Below, piece by piece: positions 18,638 to 27,833 of a stretch of DNA of 64,000 nucleotides. Made by a program: the position numbers and the translations under genes. The DNA is from a virus. The notes under the pieces were generated by a model. That model was not told where the DNA came from. It searched no databases and saw only the letters and a program-made list of their open reading frames with translations. Location: positions 50,107 to 114,106 of IMG/VR virus record IMGVR_UViG_3300030118_001869, one strand, 5' to 3'. Positions within the stretch are counted from its first letter, which is position 1, and each line of letters opens with the position of its first letter.

Positions 18638-19792
18638 TTAATTTAATTGTATTTTTAATCCTGGTAACTCTTCATTGATACTACATTGACTGCTATGAAC
18701 CCATAATGCATTCTTAGGACAGTTTTCTGGAGTATAAGCCTCACCATCTGTTAAATATATTAGTGCCGTATAAGCACGCTTTTTATTATAGTGATCAATA
18801 ACTGGTTGGAAGTCTGTACCTCCTCTACCTTTTATTTCCCAATCTTTTTTTGGATTAAATTCTTCTATAGAATTAATCTGTGTGTCACACTGTACTACTG
18901 TAATCTTGTGACCCGTCTTATGCATATGGTTTATTTCATTCATAAACTCTTTCAACTCATCAGTTGATACTGAGCCAGATGTATCTACACCAACACATAC
19001 ATGATTCTTAGTTTTAATCTTCAAACCAGGGTTATCACTATATCTTTTATTATACTTACGTCTCAGCTTTTTTGTATACACTACACTTGAGTTCCCAACA
19101 AATCTCTTGAGATATGCTCTCCAGTTAAATTTAGGTGGCTCTACATTAAGTAGCCTGCGTATCAGTTCAGCTAACTCACCAGGTATATTACCTCTTCTCT
19201 TTTCTGTTTGCTGTGCTACTTCTTTTATCTGATGCTCTATCTGTTTCTTAATCAGTTTCTTTTCTGACTCAGGTAGATTATCAAATTCATCCCATGTGCT
19301 GTGGCAATAACAAGACGTCCCATCCATTTGATCTAATAAGTTATCTAGAGATGGAGATGATCCGCTATCCTTTGCTTCAGATAACAAATCATAATAAGCT
19401 TTTGTACCTGCCTTAGTTGGTAATTTAAGTTCAGGAAAACTTTCCAATACTAAACCGCCTTCTGGTAGGCATCTGCTACTTATATATTGATTAATCTCTA
19501 AATCTGCAGCTATATTAAATAACTGTTTATCAGCATAAAGATCTCTAACAAGTAGATGTCCAAATGATATATGCAATATCTCATGTTTGAGTAGTCCTTT
19601 TCTTGTGTCATCAGTTAATGATCCAAAATATTCAGGATTGATAGTGAGCTGAACTCCAATACCGTTTTGCATAACACCAGCTGTTGGTATGTCTTTTCTA
19701 TAGGTTTTATTTAAACCAACAATAAAGAGCCCGTAAAAGGGCTCCTCAAGTATTAATGTTTTAGTTGCTTTTGATAATTGGTCTTTTACCAT
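18638..19792 (-). CDS. Metallopeptidase-vWA protein (DUF2201-type)
   Basis: HEILH zincin motif plus NIAADLEIN; MIDAS DTSGS, GRGGTDF, YLTDG. Confidence 0.88.
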   Translation of the reverse strand: MVKDQLSKATKTLILEEPFYGLFIVGLNKTYRKDIPTAGVMQNGIGVQLTINPEYFGSLTDDTRKGLLKHEILHISFGHLLVRDLYADKQLFNIAADLEINQYISSRCLPEGGLVLESFPELKLPTKAGTKAYYDLLSEAKDSGSSPSLDNLLDQMDGTSCYCHSTWDEFDNLPESEKKLIKKQIEHQIKEVAQQTEKRRGNIPGELAELIRRLLNVEPPKFNWRAYLKRFVGNSSVVYTKKLRRKYNKRYSDNPGLKIKTKNHVCVGVDTSGSVSTDELKEFMNEINHMHKTGHKITVVQCDTQINSIEEFNPKKDWEIKGRGGTDFQPVIDHYNKKRAYTALIYLTDGEAYTPENCPKNALWVHSSQCSINEELPGLKIQLN

Positions 19793-20139
19793 TTTAATTG
19801 TACTTTAATATTATCTATGAAATCAAACGTGTTAATATCTGTTATACTATTATTTATATTAGTACTCAAGAGGTAAGTAAACACTTCCTGTACCTCTAAC
19901 TTTCTCTTCTTACATTCATGGTATAATGCTTTGTAAGTAAACTTATCTGGGTTAGGCCAGTCAACAGTTGGGAACTCTTTAATAAAGTCCTTGCGTCTTG
20001 ATCCGGTTAACTCTTTAGCAAACAATAGCTTATATATAGAATCAACTTCTAGGTTATGTATATTAGATACTGCTATCTCAAAGTCTGCAGTATCACCTTT
20101 TAATTGTTTAAGTGTATTTATAAAATTATCTAAGTTCAT
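19786..20139 (-). CDS. Hypothetical protein
   Basis: ORF track, coupled to neighbours. Confidence 0.7.
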   Translation of the reverse strand: MNLDNFINTLKQLKGDTADFEIAVSNIHNLEVDSIYKLLFAKELTGSRRKDFIKEFPTVDWPNPDKFTYKALYHECKKRKLEVQEVFTYLLSTNINNSITDINTFDFIDNIKVQLKW

Positions 20140-20486
20140 TAATCATTTATTTTTAAAGCTTTCATCATCCAAGAGGGTCTTTGGTTTGCTATAATACAAG
20201 TCATCCATTCTTTTGCAGATGGTATGTAATTGTTACAATCCTCTTTTACATGTTGTTCTCCAACATATCTTGTATATACTGTTTTACCATCTGAATTTGT
20301 AAAACTTTTGCCAAATATTTTTTCAGCTTCAAATATCCCTTCAGAGTGATGACGGAACATTCTATGATTAGAATGACCTAACCATTTTTTAGTTTCATCA
20401 AACCAATCATGTATAGCTTGATAGTCACTAATCTTTCCGCCCCACTTCCTACAAGAACTCTTGCTGTGTAGTAATGGGTGTGCCAT
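20139..20486 (-). CDS. DUF6915-like His-rich protein
   Basis: MAHPLLHSKSS.RKWGG..DY.AIHDWFD..HRMFRHHSEGIF..R.VGEQHVKED. Confidence 0.75.
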   Translation of the reverse strand: MAHPLLHSKSSCRKWGGKISDYQAIHDWFDETKKWLGHSNHRMFRHHSEGIFEAEKIFGKSFTNSDGKTVYTRYVGEQHVKEDCNNYIPSAKEWMTCIIANQRPSWMMKALKIND

Positions 20487-20515
20487 ATTATAATTTTGAA
20501 TTAGCCAAGCATTAG

Positions 20516-20536
20516 CTTGGGAGAAATATAATTAGG
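20516..20536 (-). promoter_or_regulatory. Putative phage early promoter (CCTA-N9-CTCCC)
   Basis: Near-identical 21-mers at 24436, 32812 and 34734, all upstream of - strand genes. Confidence 0.65.
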
Positions 20537-20551
20537 ATTTAAAAGAGGGTT

Positions 20552-21013
20552 CTAGTGGTCATATGTTCCACCTAGTTGTCCCATTCTAACATGTATAAGT
20601 CTCTGTGGAAGAACCTTATCATTATAGATTGTTTCTCCTATGGAAGAATACTCTTCTGTTGTCCTTTGATGGTAATCTAAATTCCATTTACCTGTTGTAA
20701 CATCTATATGCATAGTACCATAGCCACCTTCATTATTAACCCAGTCACCATGTTTACAAGCATGATCATCTACAAATTCATAGAATAAATCTCTTATTTG
20801 ATTATCAAATTCTTGTGGATTATCTGCTTGGTATGCATCAGACCATGAACTGTTACCATTCATATCTGTAAATTCTATATCATCTATGTCACCACTATCA
20901 CCAGATCCTGAGAAATTAATGCTTATTTGCTTTACTCCTCTGTCTTTTAGTGCTAGTAGTAGAGACGCTTTTATTATTTTTTCTTGTTCTTTGTCTACTT
21001 GCTGGTATAACAT
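20552..21013 (-). CDS. DUF6878-like acidic protein
   Basis: FSGSGDSGDID and DWVNNEGGYG motifs. Confidence 0.7.
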   Translation of the reverse strand: MLYQQVDKEQEKIIKASLLLALKDRGVKQISINFSGSGDSGDIDDIEFTDMNGNSSWSDAYQADNPQEFDNQIRDLFYEFVDDHACKHGDWVNNEGGYGTMHIDVTTGKWNLDYHQRTTEEYSSIGETIYNDKVLPQRLIHVRMGQLGGTYDH

Positions 21014-21386
21014 TTTCTTCTTCTTTTAAAATTTCTATAAATACACCTGGATTTACTTTATCATATCTATATTCAGGGAATACAGGTATCATATGATGCA
21101 TATCATCATCTTCAATCCATCCGTGCTTTACCATGTCATCCTGTATTGTTTGTGCAGGATTTATATAGTCAAATTTGTGTCTGGTACCTCTAATAAAAGT
21201 GAATGCTATTCTAACAGGTAGTTTATGATTCTCAAGTTCCTTTGCAAATAAAGGCCCATAAGATTCAAAATACTGTTTTGTTTTCTTCCTGTAATTCATT
21301 ACAGTCTTACTTGCTATAAAGTATTTACCTGTCCATCTTCTTCCATTTTTACTACTTGGTACATTACCGGGTATAAACCATTTCAT
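20916..21386 (-). CDS. RusA-like Holliday junction resolvase
   Basis: GNVPSSKN; DYINPAQTIQDDMVKHGWIEDDD acidic triad. Confidence 0.7.
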   Translation of the reverse strand: MKWFIPGNVPSSKNGRRWTGKYFIASKTVMNYRKKTKQYFESYGPLFAKELENHKLPVRIAFTFIRGTRHKFDYINPAQTIQDDMVKHGWIEDDDMHHMIPVFPEYRYDKVNPGVFIEILKEEENVIPASRQRTRKNNKSVSTTSTKRQRSKANKH

Positions 21387-21388
21387 AT

Positions 21389-22366
21389 TTATTGTTTTAA
21401 TGTATGTATCAAAAGTTTTCTAAGGGAAGCATTTATTGTTTGAGCAGTGTATTGCTTTACAGCATCTGAAATATCTTTACATTTATTCAGTGTGCAGCCA
21501 TCTAGGTTATACATCTCTTTATATTTCTGTATAGCTTTCTTGCCTGCATCATCATTATCAAACAATGTTATTACTTTCTTATACTTTTTCTTTAAATTTT
21601 CAACAATATAAGGTTTTATTATGGTATTTTCACTGTCTGGTGCAATAACTTCAAGTTTGTAGCCGAAGCTCTTGAGGCACATTGCATCCTTGAGTGAAGA
21701 ACAAATGACTAAATAAGGCTGAGAGAAGTCTAGTTGATCATACCCTTGTAGATATGATTTAACTTTGTGAAACTTATGCTTCTTAGATAGTGGTTGATAT
21801 ATCTTATAGACATTACCTTCTTTATCAAAGTAACCGTACATATATCTTCCTTCTATTTTAAGAGACTTAACTTCACCATCCTCTTCCTTAACCATATTAT
21901 AGTATTCTATAGGTCTAACATTATACTTACCTAGTAGACTACTACCAATATTATATGCTAACCAGTATTGTGCATCATGATCTGACCATGTTCTTTCTTT
22001 AACAAAGTCTATTTCCCATTTTGCAGCTACTTTAAACTTAGTATTATTAAAGTCATCTGTTTTAGCATACTTATTATAATCCTCAACTATCTTACTTACA
22101 GCCTGAGAATATTCTAAATCAAACAAATCTTTGACAAGATCTATTTTACTACCGTACTTACCAGTGGAAAAGTCTTTATACTTGTATTGCATTATGGACT
22201 TATCTACAAAGATACACATAGATGCAGTTCTCTCAGAAGGATTAAAGATAGATTTAATCTTTATGTCCTGACCCGTGAGTTTCTCTGGTAATTCTAAGTA
22301 ATGTTGGAATACCCAGTAACTGGGTACATTTGATTCACTAGATACTAAATTCTTTGTATTAAACAT
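21389..22366 (-). CDS. DNA primase (Toprim), crAss-type
   Basis: KIYQP, LQGYDQL, ICSSLKD, APDSE, FDNDDAG, KDISD; start refined to MFNTK. Confidence 0.85.
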   Translation of the reverse strand: MFNTKNLVSSESNVPSYWVFQHYLELPEKLTGQDIKIKSIFNPSERTASMCIFVDKSIMQYKYKDFSTGKYGSKIDLVKDLFDLEYSQAVSKIVEDYNKYAKTDDFNNTKFKVAAKWEIDFVKERTWSDHDAQYWLAYNIGSSLLGKYNVRPIEYYNMVKEEDGEVKSLKIEGRYMYGYFDKEGNVYKIYQPLSKKHKFHKVKSYLQGYDQLDFSQPYLVICSSLKDAMCLKSFGYKLEVIAPDSENTIIKPYIVENLKKKYKKVITLFDNDDAGKKAIQKYKEMYNLDGCTLNKCKDISDAVKQYTAQTINASLRKLLIHTLKQ

Positions 22367-22382
22367 CTTTGATTTTTTATTA

Positions 22383-22486
22383 TAATAAATACCAGGCTGG
22401 GCCTTGGTCACGCAACTGTAGTTTGACTCCAATTAAGCTGCTGCTGCCACGTCTGGACTGACACCAGTAAGCACCTGGATTTATTA
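22383..22486. ncRNA. Candidate structured RNA or DNA hairpin (about 104 nt)
   Basis: GC-rich intergenic rod closed by TAATAAAT.CCAGG/CCTGG.ATTTATTA with an inner stem. Confidence 0.45.
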
Positions 22487-22493
22487 CTATATA

Positions 22494-23171
22494 TTATAAA
22501 TCAAAGTCATCTCCAGCATTTACTGTTGTTGCTGGCTCAAAGTTTGTATTTGTAGTAGACCCCTCTTTCTTTTGAATTTTTCTTACATGATCTGTTTCAT
22601 TAAATGTAAGAAGTCTAGAGTTCTCTTTGTCTAGTGCTTCTAATGGAACACCATCTTTTGACATACGTGGTAAGAACAAGTCAAGGTTTATATAACCATC
22701 TTTATTCTCCCATTCTCTACCACCAATACAAGCATTAAAGAACTCACTGTTAGAGAATAAATTATTACACTCTACCATAAAGTCTTCAATAGTTTTAGCT
22801 TCAATCTTATCAAGATCCTCTCTTTTATTTAATACTTCACTTAAGAAAATCATAGCCTTCAATACTTCATTATCTCTTTTGATTTCTATACCGCTTGGTA
22901 ATGTAGTATCTTTATAAGGATATGGTGAGAATCTTACTCTACCTACTTGACCTGCATATCTTGGGCCATTAGGATTATTTACATCTTTTAGAAAACCTTG
23001 GAAGTCTGACTCCTCTGGTTTACCTTCTACATGTAATACAATATTATATGCATCTGGATCATATGGTGTAACGTCAAATGTAATTGAGTTAATCTTGATT
23101 ACATTATTACCTGATCCCATCACTGGTTTAATTCTGCCACTACCGGCAGACATGTCTTTTGTACTTAACAT
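22494..23171 (-). CDS. Putative ssDNA-binding protein
   Basis: Between Sak4-like ATPase and primase; acidic tail GDDFDL. Confidence 0.5.
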   Translation of the reverse strand: MLSTKDMSAGSGRIKPVMGSGNNVIKINSITFDVTPYDPDAYNIVLHVEGKPEESDFQGFLKDVNNPNGPRYAGQVGRVRFSPYPYKDTTLPSGIEIKRDNEVLKAMIFLSEVLNKREDLDKIEAKTIEDFMVECNNLFSNSEFFNACIGGREWENKDGYINLDLFLPRMSKDGVPLEALDKENSRLLTFNETDHVRKIQKKEGSTTNTNFEPATTVNAGDDFDL

Positions 23172-23190
23172 ACTCTTAAAATTTAATTAA

Positions 23191-23874
23191 TTAATTATTA
23201 TACTTATCTATGCATTCATTCACGTATGCAAGATCATTTGGTATGAATCCATCATCAAACATACCCATTGGAGATTTACATGTGTTCTCTCCATTGTTTT
23301 GAGTGTCAAAGCCATAGTGGTAAACACCCTTATCATCTTTAACTACTTTCCCAAATAGGACAATACTAAAGAGACCCTCTAAAGTTAATGCATTATCTAT
23401 CATTTTACCAACAGTTTTTGCTTTAACTCTACGGTTACCATTAATATCAGTTGAATCTTCTGAGTGAGTCAAGAAGTATATAGTAAGATCATCTCTCATA
23501 TCTTTAGGCATCTTTGCAATTTGTGCAAGGTTAGCCGCTATCTGAGTGAACTTATCATAGCCTTTCTCATTTGCTCTATCAAAGTATTCAAAAGAACTCA
23601 TATATTGCCAGTCATCTACAACTAGTGTTTTGACATGTGGCATATTATCATTTACATGTTTCATTGCTTTGCCAATACCGGCAGCAGTAGAAACAGCTAC
23701 AAGATTACCCTTTGGATTATCTTTATTCATTGTTGTATACTTGCTCTTCCAACCTTTAAAAGGTAAAGGTTTGTTAGCAATGTTGATTATAACAGTTGAC
23801 TTTGGATCTAAGTTCCTCATACTAGTTGACTTACCAGTTCCTGAGTCAGCAATAATTAATACAGATTGTGCCAT
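23191..23874 (-). CDS. AAA_24 / Sak4-like P-loop ATPase
   Basis: ADSGTGKST, LVVDD, LTHSE, KTVGKMID, CKSPMGMF...IPNDL. Confidence 0.85.
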   Translation of the reverse strand: MAQSVLIIADSGTGKSTSMRNLDPKSTVIINIANKPLPFKGWKSKYTTMNKDNPKGNLVAVSTAAGIGKAMKHVNDNMPHVKTLVVDDWQYMSSFEYFDRANEKGYDKFTQIAANLAQIAKMPKDMRDDLTIYFLTHSEDSTDINGNRRVKAKTVGKMIDNALTLEGLFSIVLFGKVVKDDKGVYHYGFDTQNNGENTCKSPMGMFDDGFIPNDLAYVNECIDKYNN

Positions 23875-24405
23875 TTAATTCATCTTATTTAAAATGTGAT
23901 ACATAGTTTTATTTATAGCTTGTAAAGAAGCATTTATCTCTCCAAGCACATCCTTTACAGTAGGGTCTTTTTTATCATCAGGGTTTGCTAAATTAGCAAA
24001 GTCTTCTATAACTTTTGCTGCATTATCTGTGATATCTCTTACTACTACTAATTCACTGACAGGTATTAAGTGTCTCTGATATCCTGATTTGCTCTCTACA
24101 AGTTCATACTCTTGACGCCAATGTTTATTGTGCTTGTGTAGATACAGCGTTCTCTTTGGATCTTCAGATTCATAATCAATACTTACAAACTCAGTGTACA
24201 CGTCCTTTTCTTTCTCTAATTCACTAGGAAAGAAGCTGACATGCAGTTCATCTTTACCTGGTGGCCTGTAAGCCATCTTCGGTATATATAGTGCATCAGC
24301 CAAATTGTTCTCCTCAAAATACTTTTCATGTGTTTTGTAGAGTTCTTTGACTTTAGCTTTCCTTTCTTCTGGTGACATATAACTTTTATTTTTAGTACTT
24401 ATCAT
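23875..24405 (-). CDS. Hypothetical protein
   Basis: ORF track; first gene after the 24436 motif. Confidence 0.75.
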   Translation of the reverse strand: MISTKNKSYMSPEERKAKVKELYKTHEKYFEENNLADALYIPKMAYRPPGKDELHVSFFPSELEKEKDVYTEFVSIDYESEDPKRTLYLHKHNKHWRQEYELVESKSGYQRHLIPVSELVVVRDITDNAAKVIEDFANLANPDDKKDPTVKDVLGEINASLQAINKTMYHILNKMN

Positions 24406-24435
24406 ATAATTATTTTATATACGTGCAACTGACAG

Positions 24436-24456
24436 CTGGGGAGAAATATAAATAGG
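24436..24456 (-). promoter_or_regulatory. Putative phage early promoter, copy 2
   Basis: + strand CTGGGGAGAAATATAAATAGG. Confidence 0.65.
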
Positions 24457-24472
24457 AACCCAAAAAGGTTCT

Positions 24473-25429
24473 TTATCTTCTCTCTTGCTGTTCAGGAGTT
24501 CTCATCTCTGCTATCTCCATTTGCTCAAACTTAGCTTTGAAGAAGCTCATACGTGCATCACCATTCCTTGCTTTAAGGAAATGTAATACCAACGTTCTAT
24601 CATCCTCTATGATATACCTATCTGGTCCATAGTATCTGATCTTTTGTTTAGCTGGTCTGTTAATACCAATCAACGTATCAGCATGTTGTAACATTGCATC
24701 TGAGCCAAATATATCTGACTCTAATACATAGTTACCATACTTACCATCAACACTCCTATCAGGATTATCAATGTTTCTGTTAAGTTGTGATATAACAACA
24801 AACAAGCAAGGATACTCACGCTTTGTCTGTGTAAAGAACTCACCTAACTCAAATAGCATATCTAAGCTACTGTTTTGATAAGGTGCTCTCTTAACAAGCA
24901 TAGTGTGGTCCAATGTTATAATAGTGTTAGTACCTTTATGCATATTCATATACATATCTACCTGCTCACGCATCTGGTTCACAGTCATAGGTTTACTAAC
25001 AATATCTACAGGGTGCTTGACCCTTCCTTTAGCATATTCATGACATTTATTTAGAACATCTGTTTTTAGTTTGCTTCCTGCACTACATAATTCTTTATAT
25101 GTTTTGCCTGTGATAGATGAGAACTCTCTGATTGCTGAGGTTCTACCTACCATCTCAAACTGAAACTCTAATACTCTAAAGTTGTCTGCTGGATTTAATA
25201 TAAATGATTCTCTTACTATCTGATCTTTGATAAGTGTTTTACCTGAACCAGGTCTACCACCTATAACAGTAAGTGTATTCCATTCTAATCCATCAGTTGT
25301 AGCATCATTAAACTTAGGCCAAGGAGTATATATAGACTTTTCTTCTCCAGTCTGTCTACGGTACATGTACTTAAGTGCTTCATTAAAAGCAGCGTACTGT
25401 CCAACCCAAGCTTCTTTTGCTTTTGCCAT
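24473..25429 (-). CDS. dnaB: DnaB-like replicative helicase (ATPase domain only)
   Basis: GGRPGSGKT, FQFEM, LDH, SQLNR, SDAMLQHAD, KARNG. Confidence 0.9.
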   Translation of the reverse strand: MAKAKEAWVGQYAAFNEALKYMYRRQTGEEKSIYTPWPKFNDATTDGLEWNTLTVIGGRPGSGKTLIKDQIVRESFILNPADNFRVLEFQFEMVGRTSAIREFSSITGKTYKELCSAGSKLKTDVLNKCHEYAKGRVKHPVDIVSKPMTVNQMREQVDMYMNMHKGTNTIITLDHTMLVKRAPYQNSSLDMLFELGEFFTQTKREYPCLFVVISQLNRNIDNPDRSVDGKYGNYVLESDIFGSDAMLQHADTLIGINRPAKQKIRYYGPDRYIIEDDRTLVLHFLKARNGDARMSFFKAKFEQMEIAEMRTPEQQERR

Positions 25430-26019
25430 TATACTACTTTTTCTTTAAAATGTTTATCTTCAGTATCAATACCTTCTTTTATTAAGTCACAGTAATCTGC
25501 AAGAGTAGAATGTTTTACCCTATGTTTATCCTGTTTACTAATGAAGTATTGACTGGTCATCATATATTGATAGTCCTTATCTCTAAACTCATTAACATAC
25601 ATTCTAGTAGCCTTAATTATCTCAGGCCATGTATAGTCATAAGTCTCAAAGAACCATCTAAATGAGCTACCTAATGCTTTTACATTCTGTCTAGCAGGTT
25701 TACCACTAGGTAGTTTTTTTGCTGGAAAGATTTCTCTGTACATATTTATCTTTTGTACAAAGTCTTTACCCATTAATTGAATATCTGTTTTCTTTTTTGC
25801 TTTCTTAAAATAGTTATCCAACTGAGTCATTATAGTCCTTGCCTTTTTGGTAATAGTATAATGCTCTTTATCTTCATTATATTCTATTAATCCTTTCTCT
25901 AGTAAGGTTTCTATACTGTGACCATAATGGGGTGTAACCTTCATATTAACTGCAAAGAGTGAAAGACACTCATTTGGAGTCATACCAGCCTTAGTAATAA
26001 TCTGAAAAAATTCCCACAT
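25429..26019 (-). CDS. Hypothetical protein, possible replication initiator or helicase loader
   Basis: wHTH-like N-terminus; coupled to dnaB; TATATTTG box at 26040-26047. Confidence 0.55.
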   Translation of the reverse strand: MWEFFQIITKAGMTPNECLSLFAVNMKVTPHYGHSIETLLEKGLIEYNEDKEHYTITKKARTIMTQLDNYFKKAKKKTDIQLMGKDFVQKINMYREIFPAKKLPSGKPARQNVKALGSSFRWFFETYDYTWPEIIKATRMYVNEFRDKDYQYMMTSQYFISKQDKHRVKHSTLADYCDLIKEGIDTEDKHFKEKVV

Positions 26020-26055
26020 ATGTTGGTTTTAGAGGTTATCAAATATACGAAATTG

Positions 26056-26742
26056 CTACCACTTAATCAAGTCTTTTCCTTGCCAAGTTAAGTATTCATT
26101 TATACGATTGAATACGTCTTGATGATCCCACGTTCCACCTTTACGATAGGCAGCACTAGCAGGGTGTGATACCTCTAGCTTTGTGCCAAATGGGAAATAC
26201 GATAGCCATTCCTGAGCTTTCTTTCCTAAACCAACTACAATGATATCTGGCCTAAGATTGCTAATCTCTGTAAGAAGAGAGGACATGAATGGTTTCCACA
26301 TATCATAATGAGAGCCAACATTATTAACTTCTACAGTCATAGCTGTATTAAGTAACAATACGCCCTGGTCCGCCCATCTTCTTAAGTCTGGATCTGCATC
26401 TGGTGTGTCAAGTGCTTTAAATATATAGCGTAGAGAAGCTTCAGGCTTACCTTTCTTACTACAACTAAATGCAATACCGTCAGCAACATCAGGCTGAGGA
26501 TAGGGGTCTTGCCCTATCATCACAACCTTCAGTTGATCAACCGGGCAATGTAGGAATGCATTATATGCATCACCATACCTTGGAGTAAATCTTACTCCTG
26601 ATTCATTAGCTGACTTTAAAGCTTTTACGACATTGTAATGATCAGTGGAATCAAGCCACGGGTTTAATATAGGAGCCCAATCTGAGCTGCTTACCTTTTC
26701 TTTAATTTTACTAATTATATAAATTATATTTGGTTCATTCAT
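26056..26742 (-). CDS. ung: Uracil-DNA glycosylase family 1
   Basis: GQDPY, GIAFS, SLRYI, GVLLLNT, SHPAS. Confidence 0.93.
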   Translation of the reverse strand: MNEPNIIYIISKIKEKVSSSDWAPILNPWLDSTDHYNVVKALKSANESGVRFTPRYGDAYNAFLHCPVDQLKVVMIGQDPYPQPDVADGIAFSCSKKGKPEASLRYIFKALDTPDADPDLRRWADQGVLLLNTAMTVEVNNVGSHYDMWKPFMSSLLTEISNLRPDIIVVGLGKKAQEWLSYFPFGTKLEVSHPASAAYRKGGTWDHQDVFNRINEYLTWQGKDLIKW

Positions 26743-26764
26743 AAATTTTAAATACTTTTGTTTT

Positions 26765-27193
26765 ATGGCTAAATCAATGACTAAATTAAATCCTGGTGTA
26801 ATTAAAGATGTTGTAGTGCATTCAGATTATATTGCTGCATTTCAATCTATAATGCTTTACTACGTTGACCAGGTATATCCAAAGTCTTCAGACTTAGCAG
26901 TTATACTGCAAAAGTTTAAAGGGATTATGGATGGCTCTATTGATATTAAAGATGCAAAACTAAAGTGGTATGAATATCATACTTGGATATTCTACTCTAT
27001 GTTGCAAACTCTAAGCACAAAAGCTGCTGAACAAGGTATGTATCAAGATACAGAAGTACAGTATGACGAAGATGTACTTGGTAAACTTACTAAAGCTATT
27101 CTTGAAAGAGATACCGAAAGTCAAAAAGAGTTATATGCAAAGTTCTTTAATGATATAGAAACAAAGCTAGACGCAGAAGAAAAATCATCTTAA
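26765..27193 (+). CDS. Hypothetical protein, lone + strand gene in the - strand block
   Basis: 142 aa, no competing - strand ORF; TACTTTTG at 26753-26760. Confidence 0.75.
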   Translation: MAKSMTKLNPGVIKDVVVHSDYIAAFQSIMLYYVDQVYPKSSDLAVILQKFKGIMDGSIDIKDAKLKWYEYHTWIFYSMLQTLSTKAAEQGMYQDTEVQYDEDVLGKLTKAILERDTESQKELYAKFFNDIETKLDAEEKSS

Positions 27194-27568
27194 CTGCATT
27201 CCATTAAAATCTCCCATTTCTACTAGTGCTTGTATAACTAAGTTAAGTTCATCTCTATCACATTCTGCAAAGCTTTTACAATACTCTTGTTTATCTCTGA
27301 CAAAACATAATCCTGCTTTTCTTTTACACTGTAGTTTTACTTCTTCAAATGTATAACCTATATATTGAGCAAGTTCTCTGATCATAGCATGTACTCTAGC
27401 CAATTGAGCATTACTACCTTTATCAGTACTAACTCCTATAAATATATCTATTGGACTACCGTCAGGTATTTCTTTCAGGAAAGAATTAAATCTCGTCTCT
27501 TGAGCCTTATTAGGAAAGTCCAGCTTGCCCTCTTTTACAACAAGCCTAGCATGCATATTATTCTTCAT
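27185..27568 (-). CDS. NinB-like recombination accessory protein
   Basis: S..QLARVHAMIRELA...EEVK...KSFAECDRDEL. Confidence 0.55.
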   Translation of the reverse strand: MKNNMHARLVVKEGKLDFPNKAQETRFNSFLKEIPDGSPIDIFIGVSTDKGSNAQLARVHAMIRELAQYIGYTFEEVKLQCKRKAGLCFVRDKQEYCKSFAECDRDELNLVIQALVEMGDFNGMQLR

Positions 27569-27833
27569 GGTTTTCCTTTAATATTCTTTCATCAAGTTTC
27601 CATAGATCCAGTTCAGATTCTGCTAATTCTAAGAAAGGTAATATATCAACATCATGATAATTACCGTCTTTATCTTCAGCTAGACATCTAATCTCTTTAA
27701 TTTCTACAGATGGTCCACTACCAGGATGACCTGGATCACCATTAGGATACGTATGTATCATAGGTTCACCTGGGTCATACTCATAGTGTACATCTAACCA
27801 AACTTTTTCTGTGAGTTCTAATGTATATATCAT
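27558..27833 (-). CDS. Hypothetical protein
   Basis: YDPGEP...PNGDPGHPG motif. Confidence 0.7.
   Translation of the reverse strand: MIYTLELTEKVWLDVHYEYDPGEPMIHTYPNGDPGHPGSGPSVEIKEIRCLAEDKDGNYHDVDILPFLELAESELDLWKLDERILKENHEE

Noticed and set aside
22435-22466. SRP RNA helix-8-like string on - strand (GTCAG-TCCAGACGTGGC-AGCAGC)
   Set aside because: Loop is not GNRA, spacing is off by one, and the larger fold favours the opposite strand; kept only as a generic structured element
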